Positions 36,026-49,073 are shown, numbered from the whole stretch's first letter. The stretch is DNA of 63,833 nt, filler included, from Globobulimina sp. (GCA_003354225.1; 43 parts of 43 records of this genome joined end to end with filler, not necessarily neighbours in it), one strand, 5' to 3'. Numbers and translations are program-made. Notes: generated by a model from the letters alone, not told the origin.

Positions 36026-36679
36026 AGGCTTTTTCTTTTTTGTGATTACTGTTTCTGAATACATATAGCAAGTGTTTTTAAGTGATATATCCGTAACCAA
36101 CAAACAAAATATATGTTCTAACTTTGAATGCTTTTCATGACACGCTGCTTGTTGAGCTTCATGCTCAGTGTATTTGAATATTATGAGTTCCAATTCCATA
36201 ATTAATATAGGTGAAAATGATCATCATGTTATTATATAACCATCCTACAGTTCAATAGAGTTTTCCTATTTAACCATGAATTTGGTTAGAAAAAACGTCT
36301 AAGTAAATGTTTGATTGCAAATAGTGATCGACTGCAACCATGTGTTTATTATTTGGTGCTGTGATATTCAATGACCATATTTCTCGTACCGAGAATATTT
36401 AACTCCCTACAAAAAGTCCATCCATTTAATAGTTCGCGGTTTATATAATAAGGATAGTATATCAAGATCGAACTGAAAAGAGAATATGAAAATTTATGCT
36501 TTAATGAGCAATATGTCAATATATAATTATGAATGTAAAAGTACTTTCGGAGAAACAACACAAAATAATGAAAATAATTACATTCTGTGTCCGTTAACAG
36601 TAGTGATAAAAATACAGCACTACTATTGATACCATAAAATTGCTACTTACAACACAAAAAACAATTATATGCTTACGGA

Positions 36680-37081
36680 TTAGATGGAATTAATGGATGT
36701 ATCCGTGCAGTCTGTGAAATGACTTGAATTTATTTTATAATTTACAGTATATTGAAATCGTTGAAATGAATTAATTGTATTTTCCCAGCAATCTTTGACA
36801 GAATCATTGAATGCATCAATCATCTCTTGAATAACATTTATTTCGATTTCTTTATCTTTTAATTGTTTTATAAACATCGCATATTTTACCATATTTGTGT
36901 TTTCATTTTTATCTGAATCGTTTTCGACCACTACAACGGTCGTCATTTGGTCTAAATCCATATTACCGCTTTTTTGTTTTTTACCAAAGATACGTCGAAT
37001 ATCGTTATATTTCAAAAAGAATCCATCCAATTTTTGTCGCGCAGCACCACTGATATTAACTTGTAACATATCATTTGTTTT
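36680..37081 (-). CDS. C-terminus of an RGS-domain protein
   Basis: LQVNISGAARQKL...AFNDSVKDCWENTINSFQRF. Confidence 0.55.
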   Translation of the reverse strand, partial: KTNDMLQVNISGAARQKLDGFFLKYNDIRRIFGKKQKSGNMDLDQMTTVVVVENDSDKNENTNMVKYAMFIKQLKDKEIEINVIQEMIDAFNDSVKDCWENTINSFQRFQYTVNYKINSSHFTDCTDTSINSI

Positions 37082-37181
37082 NNNNNNNNNNNNNNNNNNN
37101 NNNNNNNNNNNNNNNNNNNNNNNNNTTAATTAATTAANNNNNNNNNNNNNNNNNNNNNNNNNNNNNNNNNNNNNNNNNNNN

Positions 37182-37559
37182 AGGAGAGTTTCGCATATCT
37201 CGTCATATTTGAATTTTTGTCTTTGGTATGAAAAGGTTCATTGCCCAACTCTACACCATATAACATGCATTCGTCTGCTGTGTCGTCGGGGCGACCCTTA
37301 TTTCCTCTCGTGTGCTTCTTATTGCAATATTCTGCATACGTAAAGTTCAGCAATTCCATAGCATTCGTAGAGTCCCAATCTTGTGTCTCTTTATGAATAT
37401 GCGTGATGTAATTAAGCGTATATACAATGCGGGCATTGACCGACTTTGCAAAATCTAGAATCTCCCTCCATCGCTGTTCAGTGAGACAATTGTTGGGTCT
37501 TTTTGCACAAGCCTATTCTGCTCTTCGGAGTATTCGTTCATATTATAAATGATTCGATC
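37182..37559 (-). CDS. Heparanase-like glycoside hydrolase family 79 fragment
   Basis: CLTEQRWREILDFAKSVNARIVYTLN...WDSTNAMELL...YGVELGNEP (acid/base NEP motif). Confidence 0.7.
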
Positions 37560-38568
37560 GGTGTTGCATTTGTAAGATACAAAGATGCGGAAAATGCAAA
37601 GAGAGCCGTTAAAGAATTGAATGGTACAAAACCAGAGTTATTTGAAAAAGAAATTGTTGTAAAATATGCGCACTCTGACATTGATAAAGAAAAAAATATA
37701 AATAACATGCAATATATACATAATTTTAATGATTTTATGCTTACAAATACAAATAAACATAAACATGCAAATACAAATAAAAATAAAAATAAAAATGAAT
37801 ATATTGTCTGTGGATATATACGTAACCATCAACGTTTATTTTGTACACGATTTAATATTTTGAATATATCGGAAATAATAAATAAATATTTTGGTGGCGA
37901 GGATAATGAGAATGAGAATGAGAATGAGAATGAGAATGATATTGATAATGACAGTTGTTTTGACGATTTATTGTCGCGGATAAATACTTTTGATAATATA
38001 TTGGAGATAATGCAAAATAATATTTACGGAATTAATAATAAAATAAATAATTTATTATATGAATCCGAACAGAAAAGAATGTATAAAATGAATTTTATGC
38101 AAAAAAGATTTACAGATATTATTGCGAATTTGTATCATAAAATGAATAATCAATTACAAAATATGGCAAATGTGTTACAAGAAAATGTGGAAAAAGAGAA
38201 TTTACGGATTAAATCATTGGAGAAACAAATAAGATATATCCCCGACTTAAACATGCTTCGTGCTAGAGATATGTGTAAAATACAAAATAAAATAAATAAT
38301 TCCGATATCGATCGATTTGAAAGTGACAAAGTGAGGATTTGGCTGAAAGACATAGTACATTTAGAACAATATTATAATGTATTTATCTCGAATGGATACG
38401 ATGATATGGCTAGCACCGCTGATATTACAGATAATGATTAGGTACATATTGGTATTGATAAAATTGGACATAAAAAGAAATTGATAAAATATGCAAAAAA
38501 ATTAGGGTTTCAAGCCTGCTTTAAGCAGTTTGAAATCAATGGAATAAATATTAATTATATCGGTTATG
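37557..38568 (+). CDS. RRM (C-terminal half), Asn-rich coil and SAM domain protein; in-frame TAG at 38439-38441
   Basis: GVAFVRY...AKRAVKELNG...IVVKYA; VRIWL..VHLEQYYNVFISNGYD...ITDND*VHIGIDKIGHKKKL. Confidence 0.65.
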
Positions 38569-38963
38569 NNNNNNNNNNNNNNNNNNNNNNNNNNNNNNNN
38601 NNNNNNNNNNNNTTAATTAATTAANNNNNNNNNNNNNNNNNNNNNNNNNNNNNNNNNNNNNNNNNNNNTGCATATGTATGCACTATGCAAACATGACCAA
38701 ACACCACCATGCATATTACAAACATAGCATGCACACTTCAAACATATCCGCAAACAGGGGGTGTTTTTTGAGACAATGTCCTGTTAACAGGATCACAAAC
38801 ATGGAAAACACACTTTGACTCTGCATATGTGCACACACCACCAAACATAGGCAAACATATGCAAACATATGCACACACGTTTCTCTCGATGACGGATTTA
38901 AAATATATATAACATGGCAACTAATAAACAAAAAAAAAGTATATGACACAGATAAAAAAAGGG

Positions 38964-40055
38964 TTATTTATATACAATATTCTCATCACCATCTGGATCA
39001 CCCATTTGTACATGTTCTGCACTGTCAGACATAGATTGTACCTTTTCCAATGACATTGGTTGTAAATGCATTTCTGTTTCTTTATATACTATCATTGCAT
39101 CCTTATTTTCGATATCAGGAAATGTCATAACTGTTCCATCTGTTCCATTTGCAGCAGATTTGGGTGAAGGAGACATTCCAGGTCTTGGTGTTTGTGGCAA
39201 TGGCGTTGAATGCAAATTTGTATTTGTGGCTTCTGGCACTCGATCGATATATTCCTCACTCGACGGTGCTTTTTCTTTGCTTTCATTTCTTTTATGACGT
39301 CGACAGCAACAACATATTTTATTGTATAGCATTGAATAATACTTTGAATACCACGACGACATAAACAATAAACATACACTGTTAATAATATTATCCAACA
39401 ATGATAGCCAACCCAATCCTAAAATTTTTACAAATAAAATTGAAAAAAATGTGGAACAAATTGCTGTCGTGCTTAATACCGCATATTTTCGCATTAAATC
39501 TACAATTTTTTCATCAGAATGCTGTCGCAACACAATCTTTAACGGATAATTAAATAGCACCACACATAAAATACTTTTATTAAATTCATTTTATTATCGG
39601 AATTCAAACATTTTTATTTCAGGTATTAACTTTTTGATTGCCAGAAATGAAAATGTTTCAAATTGATATATTGTACACAGTGTATACCTGATGACTGAGT
39701 CTAAAATGATAAAAAATAGAAATCCCCACGTTTGCATATCATCGAGCATACAATAATACATTTTCTTGTTATCCGCAGCAAAAACCAATGTGCCAGTAAT
39801 CGTGAAAATGTCTCCAAAAACTACTACGATAAAAAATGCGAAGGTTAAGAAATAAATTGCATACAAAGCATTTCTGACAAATATATTATTATGGAATGTG
39901 GAACCACAAAATACTATTTTTACACGAAATATTAACGCGATATAAAGGCAACATTTTCCTAAATGATAGCTTAAGACAGAAAATTTTTTGATCACATCAC
40001 ATGAGAATGATTTGGGATACAATGAGAATGCATTGAGTACGTAATTACAACCTTG
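38964..40055 (-). CDS. Multi-pass (7TM/GPCR-like) membrane protein with a cytosolic tail; intron 39574-39687; 5'-partial
   Basis: At least five hydrophobic segments, a Cys cluster (ICCCCRR) after the last TM, and splicing restores the frame. Confidence 0.55.
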
Positions 40056-40452
40056 NNNNNNNNNNNNNNNNNNNNNNNNNNNNNNNNNNNNNNNNNNNNT
40101 TAATTAATTAANNNNNNNNNNNNNNNNNNNNNNNNNNNNNNNNNNNNNNNNNNNNGTACAGGCGGTACTGTAGAATTAGAATCTGATACACCTCAAGGCG
40201 CAGCTTATTCACACAGAGCTCGAGTATTAATCGGCGTTTCCATTGCATTTGGAATGGTTGTTTTAATTGTTGGTGTTGTATTTTTTTTCAAAAAACAAGA
40301 AATTGTAAATTAATGTGTTTGTATTCCCATTAACTTTGTTTTTTATTTAAACGATTTGATACTTTCATTGATACTTCACGACTTATATTCTTAATAACAC
40401 TTCTATTAAATAATAGTCCAAAGTGGTTTTCTCTCTTTTCTGTTCATCAATA

Positions 40453-41535
40453 ATGTCAGATAATTGGTATATAGTCAACACCTCAGGCTCGACGCAGGGC
40501 CCTCTGAACGAAACAACATTAATAAACTTATATTTGAATGAAACAATCCATTCGAAAACATATGTTTGGAACGGCCAAACGGTGAAAGAATGGATACCAA
40601 TAATGAAAGCTAAATACATTTACGATAAAATCAAGCATCTTTATGTCCACCAACCCAATGAGGTTGATATGGCAATACAAAATCAAATAAAAAATCTACT
40701 ATCTCAAAGTGAACAGACACAAAAAGAAACCACACCAAAGAATTTGGGAAATACAGCAAATGAGAAAACAACAACGTGTACTGACGATACATCGACATCT
40801 GAATATATTTCAGATGAAATAGACCATCATAAAATAGATGATGATAATCTCAAAACATTGCAATTTAAAAACGAGCAAAAAGAAGACACACAAACAACAC
40901 ACAACAAACCAAGCTATCCATCGAAATTACAAAGAAATTCCGATCGTAAAAATTTAATGGCCAATATCCGAAATGGTATTATGTTGCGAGATGAAAATAC
41001 ATCAAATTCAAAACAGAATAAATCAAAACAGCCTCCCAAAAGATTAAAAGACAAATTCCAACAAAATGCTGCAGAATTTACAGCCAATTCAGAACAACAA
41101 AGCTTTATCAAACAACAATACCTGGCACACGATAACGATAATAATGAGGAACACCGTGGCGAAGACAGAGCAGAATCGAGTGATTTTTCATTGTCAACAT
41201 CCATTGATCAAGATTTGATCACTAGAGTCAAACAGAAGGGATATTACAATAATCGTATGGACAAAGTTGTACGTTCTAGCGAAGTGTCAGAAAGAGCGAG
41301 TTTAATTCGTCAGCGATTTGGAGAGGTTCATGTGGTGTCTGGCAAAGGTCGGAAAAAAGACATTTCAAACAACCAAAATGTTAACGTTTCTGAACAAGCG
41401 AAAGAGTGTAATTCTATTTCGGGAGAATTTGCGAATCGAATTGCGAAATTAAAATATAAACTCGACCAAGTGACCGATAATGAATCGTGGATTGTGACAC
41501 GAATTGAAAATGTATTTTTGGCTGCAAATAAATGA
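40453..41535 (+). CDS. GYF_2-domain protein with a WH2-like actin-binding motif
   Basis: WYIV...TQGPL...L..LY...I...TYVWNG...EW.PI; DRKNLMANIRNGIMLR. Confidence 0.65.
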   Translation: MSDNWYIVNTSGSTQGPLNETTLINLYLNETIHSKTYVWNGQTVKEWIPIMKAKYIYDKIKHLYVHQPNEVDMAIQNQIKNLLSQSEQTQKETTPKNLGNTANEKTTTCTDDTSTSEYISDEIDHHKIDDDNLKTLQFKNEQKEDTQTTHNKPSYPSKLQRNSDRKNLMANIRNGIMLRDENTSNSKQNKSKQPPKRLKDKFQQNAAEFTANSEQQSFIKQQYLAHDNDNNEEHRGEDRAESSDFSLSTSIDQDLITRVKQKGYYNNRMDKVVRSSEVSERASLIRQRFGEVHVVSGKGRKKDISNNQNVNVSEQAKECNSISGEFANRIAKLKYKLDQVTDNESWIVTRIENVFLAANK

Positions 41536-41642
41536 TTTTGTTNNNNNNNNNNNNNNNNNNNNNNNNNNNNNNNNNNNNNNNNNNNNTTAATTAATTAANN
41601 NNNNNNNNNNNNNNNNNNNNNNNNNNNNNNNNNNNNNNNNNN

Positions 41643-42251
41643 TTTATATCCACATACATTCCAATATGCGTTCTTTAGCCAATCTTTAACGCCACAATGT
41701 GGGCTCGCCAGTGTTATAAAATTGATTGCTTCAATTATTCGGTTATTTATTTTAAAACTGTTACTGTTGCCATCAAATAATAATTTCAAACAATATCTTG
41801 AATACAATCCACCCAAACTACAACTAACAAATGATATTTTACAAATGGATGTATTCGATTTTAATACAGATTTAATTTCATTGCATAATCTGTGTCCTCC
41901 CACATCTATTCCTTCATTTGTTTTACGAAATGCATATAAGAACAGTCCATTGCTGTTACTTTGAGCCAAATAAATCATAAAACCTTCATTATTGTTTTCC
42001 AGATATTTCTTGAATGAATCTTGCAATGGTTTAAGTGGAGTATAATGGCCCATCCATCCGGTTACGATTACAATCAGATGTTTCGGATTTTTATTACTTT
42101 TATATGGTCTGCAATACCACATATTCATCAAATGGATCACCAGATTGGATGCGGTGTATGTAACTATCATCCATAATATACTTCCATTTGTCATATAGGC
42201 AACAAGCAGAGAAATACATATACTACAAGCTAGCAATTTGGTGGAAAACAT
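41643..42251 (-). CDS. DUF676 / ROG1-like putative lipase, N-terminal part
   Basis: HLIVIVTGWMG, T.EGIDVGGHRL, ISFVSCSLGGLYSRY, NFITLASPHCG; N-terminal TM. Confidence 0.8.
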
Positions 42252-42673
42252 TACTTTGAATTAGGTGTTTTTTGAAAATATATATGACATTTTGCACTTA
42301 GTCGTTATGATTGTCAAGCATATAATTAATGAAAACAAACAACTAATGTATAAGCACTACTGTGTAACTTTAAAATGTTATAATCAAAAAAGATCAGGAT
42401 ATCACAAAACAACAGCGATTTTATTACATTTCACAAAAAAATACCCATAAAAAAACAGAAGGAATACAGAAAAAAGAAAGGATGAAAAAAATGGTTTATT
42501 TTCCAAAATGGAAATGAAAAAAAAATACAAAAGAAGGTGGTTTAGCATTGATTTTTTATTATTTTTATAAATACAAAGACATTTATCATATAACACGCAA
42601 TATAACATTAAAAAAATACAAACTATAATTAATAAGTATAATTAATAAGATCGAACATTATTTCATAGATCCA

Positions 42674-43029
42674 TTAAAATAAGAAATATCTCAATATATC
42701 AGCGACTTCAATATCAAACACCGGATTCCCAAACATCAAACTAAATAAATTTGGTCGGAATCCCTCCGATATTGACAACAAAACATATAAGTCCTCAATC
42801 CGCGATATTTGTAGATCCGATCTTAACTGGGATTCAAATTTCTGCATAATCTGCGGATACAACGCTTCCATCGGAACCTGCTCCTTAAACTCCTTACAAC
42901 TCATTACATGACACGTCTTATCATAAAACGACAGCAAATCCTTCTGTTCGTGCTCGATATACAACAATATCTCCGATGCCTTCTCCAACAAAATCCGAAA
43001 CTGCGTCTCTAAAAATGTCATTTTCAGTT
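42674..43029 (-). CDS. C-terminus of a hypothetical protein
   Basis: Open frame from the contig edge; no recognised motif. Confidence 0.35.
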
Positions 43030-43129
43030 NNNNNNNNNNNNNNNNNNNNNNNNNNNNNNNNNNNNNNNNNNNNTTAATTAATTAANNNNNNNNNNNNNNN
43101 NNNNNNNNNNNNNNNNNNNNNNNNNNNNN

Positions 43130-44515
43130 AGCTCTCTCTGCTTTTGACAATGTTCTGGATGCAAATCCAACTGGATGTAATAGTCCATCTCCATCATATT
43201 GACACAATACTCCAGAAATACCATATGCCGATGCATCTGTAAACAAATAGAATGGCTTGTTATGGTCCGGAAAGCACATGATTGGTTTCAACGTCAATAA
43301 TCCTCGCAAAACTTTGAATGCTTCTTCTTGTTCTGGTCCCCATTTATTAGTGATATCTGGTCCATCTTTACCACGATTCAGTGCATTCAATGGTTCTGCT
43401 ATTGTTGCAAATGATGGGATATAACGTCTAAAGAAAGATACCGTTCCCAAAAACTTCTTGTTCTCTGTTACTGTCTTTGGTCTTTCAATACTGTTGATTG
43501 CTTTAACTAACTTGGGGTTCGGTGACATACCTTCCGCAGATATTATATGACCCAAAAATTCAACTTCCTTTCTAAAAATCTGACATTTAGCAGCATTCAA
43601 CTTCATATTAACTTCGTCCAATCGTGTGAATATTGTAGCCAGTAACGCAACATGTTTCTCAAACGTCTCAGTATAAACCAAGATATCGTCTACATAGCTA
43701 TAAACACCTTTTCCAATCAGGTCGTGGAAAAGATTGTTCATTGATCTCTGGAAAGTCCCAGGTGCGTTCGTCAAACCGAATGGCATAACATTGAATTCAT
43801 ATAGGCCCCATGGCGTAGCGAATGCTGTCTTCCATCTATCTGACAAAGCAATAGGTATCTGCCAATATCCTGCTTTCATATCCAGGCTGCTAAAATATCT
43901 CATTCCTCTCAACCAATCAAAAATCATGTCACAACTTGGTAACGGGTATGCATTTATTACCGATCTTTTGTTAAGCTCCCTGTAGTCAATACACAAACGA
44001 GGTTCCAGACTCTTCTTCAACACAATGATGACTGGAAATGAATATGATGAATGTGATTTACTGATCAATCCTTTGGCCAACATATCCTGTAGTTCATTAT
44101 GTGTCCAATCTACATATTTCGCAGGAATTCTGTACATCTTCTTTCTTACTGGCGTTTCCATACCATCCAGTAAAGGAATTGAATGCGGGGTGACCTTTGC
44201 TGATCCTAATTCAAAATTAGAGGCTGCGAACGACAATTTGTGTTCAAGCAATAAAGCCTCAATAACTTTTAACTGGGTCGAGGTCAATGTTTCTTTCGCT
44301 GCTTCCACCAAACACGAAATAGGTTTGTATGGAAGTTGTGATCCCAAAGTATTATCACATGTTCTCAATGTATCCATCACTTCTTCCGACAAATGTGCGT
44401 CGTCCATATGAATAGGTCTCTCCATGTCTTCTAATGGATCCGGTTCCAATGTTGGATCTGGGATCTCATCAAAGTAGGATTCTGTAATGATTTGTGCATT
44501 TGCCAATTTCGTTCC
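43130..44515 (-). mobile_element. Ty3/gypsy LTR retrotransposon pol: RT and start of RNase H, intact frame
   Basis: RLCIDYRELN, LDMKAGYWQI, KTAF, MPFGLTNAPGTFQR, YVDD, TDASAYGISGVL. Confidence 0.96.
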
Positions 44516-44994
44516 NNNNNNNNNNNNNNNNNNNNNNNNNNNNNNNNNNNNNNNNNNNNTTAATTAATTAANNNNNNNNNNNNNNNNNNNNNNNNNNNNN
44601 NNNNNNNNNNNNNNNGAACTCTTTAATTGTTACTTTGTGGATTGCACAGAAGACGGGTTTCTGAGAAATATTTTTAACGCATTTCTGTTTGTTTCCGCTA
44701 TGTGTGTTTATAGATTAATTTTGCGCATTTGTTGTATTTACTAAATAGTATAAACCGTGGAATCGGAAATTATTACGGCGTGCCACTCAAATTCCAAGCA
44801 CATCGATTAACAATTTGCATAAAGTTTAGTTGTAATTATCTATTTTATATGTTATGAAAAGATGAGAATATATACACTCTTTCTGACTGAATAACGTTGT
44901 CTGTAGACGATATTTATATTTTTAGTACCAAGATCACTGATTTTTTTATTGCATTTGCTTGCATTTTCGTGTATATTTCGTGGATTTATGATTT

Positions 44995-45591
44995 GTGATT
45001 GATTTGTTGTGCAATAAACAGTGTAAACGACAGTCGCCGCACGCCATATTATCAGATAGTTCGTCGGAATCGGTGTTATCGGATAACAAAGCTATTGTAT
45101 TTTGTGATGAATCATCGAGTTCCATATCGCCAGAATTAGGCTCTGCGACAATGAAAAATGTAAATAAATATTGTATATCATCGACGTCGACGGGTACAGC
45201 TATATCGATTGATGCGTATCTTTGCGATTCAGATTCGAGAATGTGTGCGATTGGAATCGGAGATGTTGGCAAATGGTCCAATGATTCCATTGGCTGCGGC
45301 ACCGCAGACAATGTAAGAAATTCTATTATAGAAAAATCAGAGCAACCTATTGTTGAACCGAAAGATGAATGGGATTTAGCATTGGATTCTGGGGCGGCGT
45401 ATCCACATAAATCGAAACAAAAAAGTGATCCATTTAAACATTTCAATCGAAAAGAATATGTAAATCAGTTTCAATTAACGCAGAATGATAAACGGAATGG
45501 AATTGGCACATTCAAGAAATTCAGGAAAAGAGGAAATTTTCATAATGATAGATCTCAATATAGGCGCAGAAAAAATACATTTGAAGCATAA
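44995..45591 (+). CDS. Ser-rich hypothetical protein
   Basis: ORF only. Confidence 0.3.
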   Translation: MIDLLCNKQCKRQSPHAILSDSSSESVLSDNKAIVFCDESSSSISPELGSATMKNVNKYCISSTSTGTAISIDAYLCDSDSRMCAIGIGDVGKWSNDSIGCGTADNVRNSIIEKSEQPIVEPKDEWDLALDSGAAYPHKSKQKSDPFKHFNRKEYVNQFQLTQNDKRNGIGTFKKFRKRGNFHNDRSQYRRRKNTFEA

Positions 45592-47862
45592 AATGTGCTG
45601 TTTGATGAATAACTAAACTGTATCTGATGATTTGTGTTTTTTCCCGTCGTTGTAAAAGTAATTGTAACTTCCCTTGAATTAATTTATTTACATATGAATG
45701 TTGATAAACTGCTGTTTTTTAAATTTTTTGAAACTGAAGAGTTTAAACTCCTGGTAACATGTTTGGAAACAATGTTTTTCAAAATGTAAACAGAACATGG
45801 CACTCCTGACAGACCAAACGAACAGAAATGTAGTGTTGATGAAAGCAATCTTGATGAATGCGTTATGTCTGCATATACTTCTGTTAAATGCATTGGACAC
45901 GTATATAATTAATGAAATGGTATAAACTCACAAATCTAATAATAAGTGAAGTTTAGATGGCTGATATAGAGGAACTATCCAGTGAGGCCAATTAATTTTT
46001 GNNNNNNNNNNNNNNNNNNNNNNNNNNNNNNNNNNNNNNNNNNNNTTAATTAATTAANNNNNNNNNNNNNNNNNNNNNNNNNNNNNNNNNNNNNNNNNNN
46101 NATGTTCTGGTGTTGATGTTACAAGAATTGCTGGTGTTTATTGTCTTGGATTTACAATAAAATTTATGTGTTTGTGATTGTTGCACTTGATAGTTTTGAG
46201 TGTGCAGAAGAAAGTTTTGTGGAAATGTTTTTACATTTTTGGAACAATGGTGTGTCTGCAATCACATCACAAATCTAATGAACAAAAGTAAACATACAAC
46301 TTTTAATTTATTTTAGCAAATAACTAAAGATGTTCAAACCAAAGGCAAATCCAACACAAATTAAATCAAAGCTAGCCTGGAATAATGGTATTTACATTTG
46401 TAGTCTGACAAGCAACATAAAGCCGTTGCAGTTTCTACCAAGGGATGCATCATCATCGTGTGCCATTATCCGTGACCACTACGCCCAATTCATATATATA
46501 TACCAATATAGACAAAGGAATACAAACTATAATCACATCACGTATCCCAACACGCAAAATGTGAGCCATACGCAGAGTAATCGCGAAGTTAAGTACTGTA
46601 CATTAAATTTGTTGGACAACAAACGCAGCATATTATCCAGTCGAACCCAAATCGGATTTATCTTATTTCTACTCACAAACTCATTAAGTACTCAAATCAT
46701 TTGATGTCTCGTTTTTTAATCTGTAGGCTCGCCCAACACTTAAAATGATGATATGAATTAAGACTATTTGTAGTGCTGACTAGCGTTTTTTCTCGACATG
46801 TTCGATATTTTGATAACGTCATATTAAGATATATAGAAACACATGATTCGATATTTTGATTCGTCATAATGACACTTGAATTTTTGGCTCAATTGCAAAT
46901 TTTTGTGAAACAACAAAATGAATAAAGAAATAATAATAAGTATTAATAAGTAATTTAATATTAACAAATAATAAACACCAATACGTGCTGTGCTGTATAT
47001 TAACAATTCACAACAAAAAAGTTAATTAATTACAGTATTGTCAGTGTTAACAGGTACACACCAAAAACAGTCTGAAATAGGGGGAAAAACAAATCCGTAC
47101 TTATTTTTTTCCATCAAATTGTACATTTCATGTAAATACATTTCGCAATGAGGTATGTTACTATTTTATATGTATAATATTTTTCACATAATAACATTAT
47201 ATATATTGCAAATAATATTATTGTACTGTTTGATGAAAAAAAATATGTGGTTTACTTTCTCTTTTTTGATTGTTTCTGTTTTCGCGGCGTTGATTAAAAT
47301 ATGTATATGAAATAGTTAGGTTCAGAATTTCAAAACAATGTCACGCACAGATTCTGGACATCATTTTGAAATTTTTCTGACCTCAATATTTGAATTGATG
47401 CAAAATATATGACTCGGATATTCTGGTCAATTATTTTAAAAAACACATTTATAGCAAACAGTATAACCACAGACACGAATATTTTTANNNNNNNNNNNNN
47501 NNNNNNNNNNNNNNNNNNNNNNNNNNNNNNNTTAATTAATTAANNNNNNNNNNNNNNNNNNNNNNNNNNNNNNNNNNNNNNNNNNNNGGAGCGATGCTAT
47601 TTATGTTCACAGCTCTCTCGGGTATATCAATTCTAATACCATTTTATTTAAAGTCCCTGCCGTTGTTATCATATACAAAGAGCCCTTGTCCTCTTTCACT
47701 GTAACTCTTCTTTCCGGGTCGTTTGTTTTCGTTCCTTCCTCAATACAATCCATATATGCCTCTTCTTCGATGTCTGTCAAATTTAATTTATAATTTAGCG
47801 TTAATTGATTATATTGACACTGTTCATAATTATATAATTAACACAAATACTTTTAACTTGAG

Positions 47863-48432
47863 TTAAATCGTCATGTGATACTCTTCGCGCATGCATTGTT
47901 GTCTGTCATTAAAATGTTTATTTATATAATATTGTATACAAAATTGAAAACACACAAAGTACGAATTGGAATTATTAATAACTTCATAAGAATGTTGATC
48001 ATTTTTCATTATATCATGAATTATAGCGGCAATGTTATGCAATTGTTTCCACGAAAATTCACTTTTACCTTTTACAATGGCAGTCATTTGTTGTTTAAAT
48101 ATCTGTTTATGCTGCAATGCGCTATTTGCGGTATTATATTCCAATATTTCTTGGTCGATATTATATCGATATTCCATTACAGAATAAAACAATATGATCA
48201 CAGGAATTACCTCAGATTGTTCCATTAATTCTGCGTATAAACGTACAGGATGTTTCATTTTCTGACGTTTTTTCTTACCGATATTCACATATTTTATCAA
48301 TTTACCGATATTATCATTATTATTACCGCCTAACACATTTGATTTATGTGCCGTGTTCACGATGTTTTGGGAACCCTGGAAGCGTGAATTATTAATGCTT
48401 AATCCTTTCCCACCCCTTCTAGTATGAGCCAT
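47863..48432 (-). CDS. Hypothetical protein with a basic N-terminus (possibly an element ORF1)
   Basis: ATG-initiated 189-aa ORF downstream of a structured GC-rich island. Confidence 0.35.
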   Translation of the reverse strand: MAHTRRGGKGLSINNSRFQGSQNIVNTAHKSNVLGGNNNDNIGKLIKYVNIGKKKRQKMKHPVRLYAELMEQSEVIPVIILFYSVMEYRYNIDQEILEYNTANSALQHKQIFKQQMTAIVKGKSEFSWKQLHNIAAIIHDIMKNDQHSYEVINNSNSYFVCFQFCIQYYINKHFNDRQQCMREEYHMTI

Positions 48433-49073
48433 TAATTGTTTAAAGAGATTTTAAGTTTGTATATTAAACAAAAACTCTCAACCTTCAGTCATTCAACATC
48501 TTTATCATGTCTTCGATCCCTAGTCCCTACCAACTACGTTGCATACGGTATATAGTAATAATTGGTGGTTATATTAATATCATTAAATGGTTGGCGTCTC
48601 TTGGCGAGTACTGTGAGTAAACCCGTCGTGCGGTTGCGAGGCTATGGACGCACTGACCGTCGTATGTTTCAAGGTTCTTCCTAGACGGCCCCAGGGGCAA
48701 TAAGAGTGGTGGAGGCCAGCCACCAGTTGGGGTCGCTTTTTGCGAACGTAAACCTTGGTCTTTACCTTTAAGATGTTGGGTGGTGGTGACAAAGCTCAAG
48801 TACTCACAAAAAGATATCCTTGCACTCAATGCATGGAATCGATATCCAATGTATTGGACAATTCGCGATGGATGCAATATTATACACAGACACAGTATAA
48901 ATAATGGATCAACTCCCGAACAAACATTTGGCCAAAAAATGGCATTCATAATCTGGGAATTATTAGTTTGTACNNNNNNNNNNNNNNNNNNNNNNNNNNN
49001 NNNNNNNNNNNNNNNNNTTAATTAATTAANNNNNNNNNNNNNNNNNNNNNNNNNNNNNNNNNNNNNNNNNNNN

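Noticed and set aside
41810..41835. SCSLGG in place of GHSLGG as an inactive lipase
   Set aside because: The nucleophilic Ser is retained, and small-residue variation at these positions is common
48400..48432. MAHTRRGGKGL as a histone H4 tail
   Set aside because: No histone-fold sequence follows
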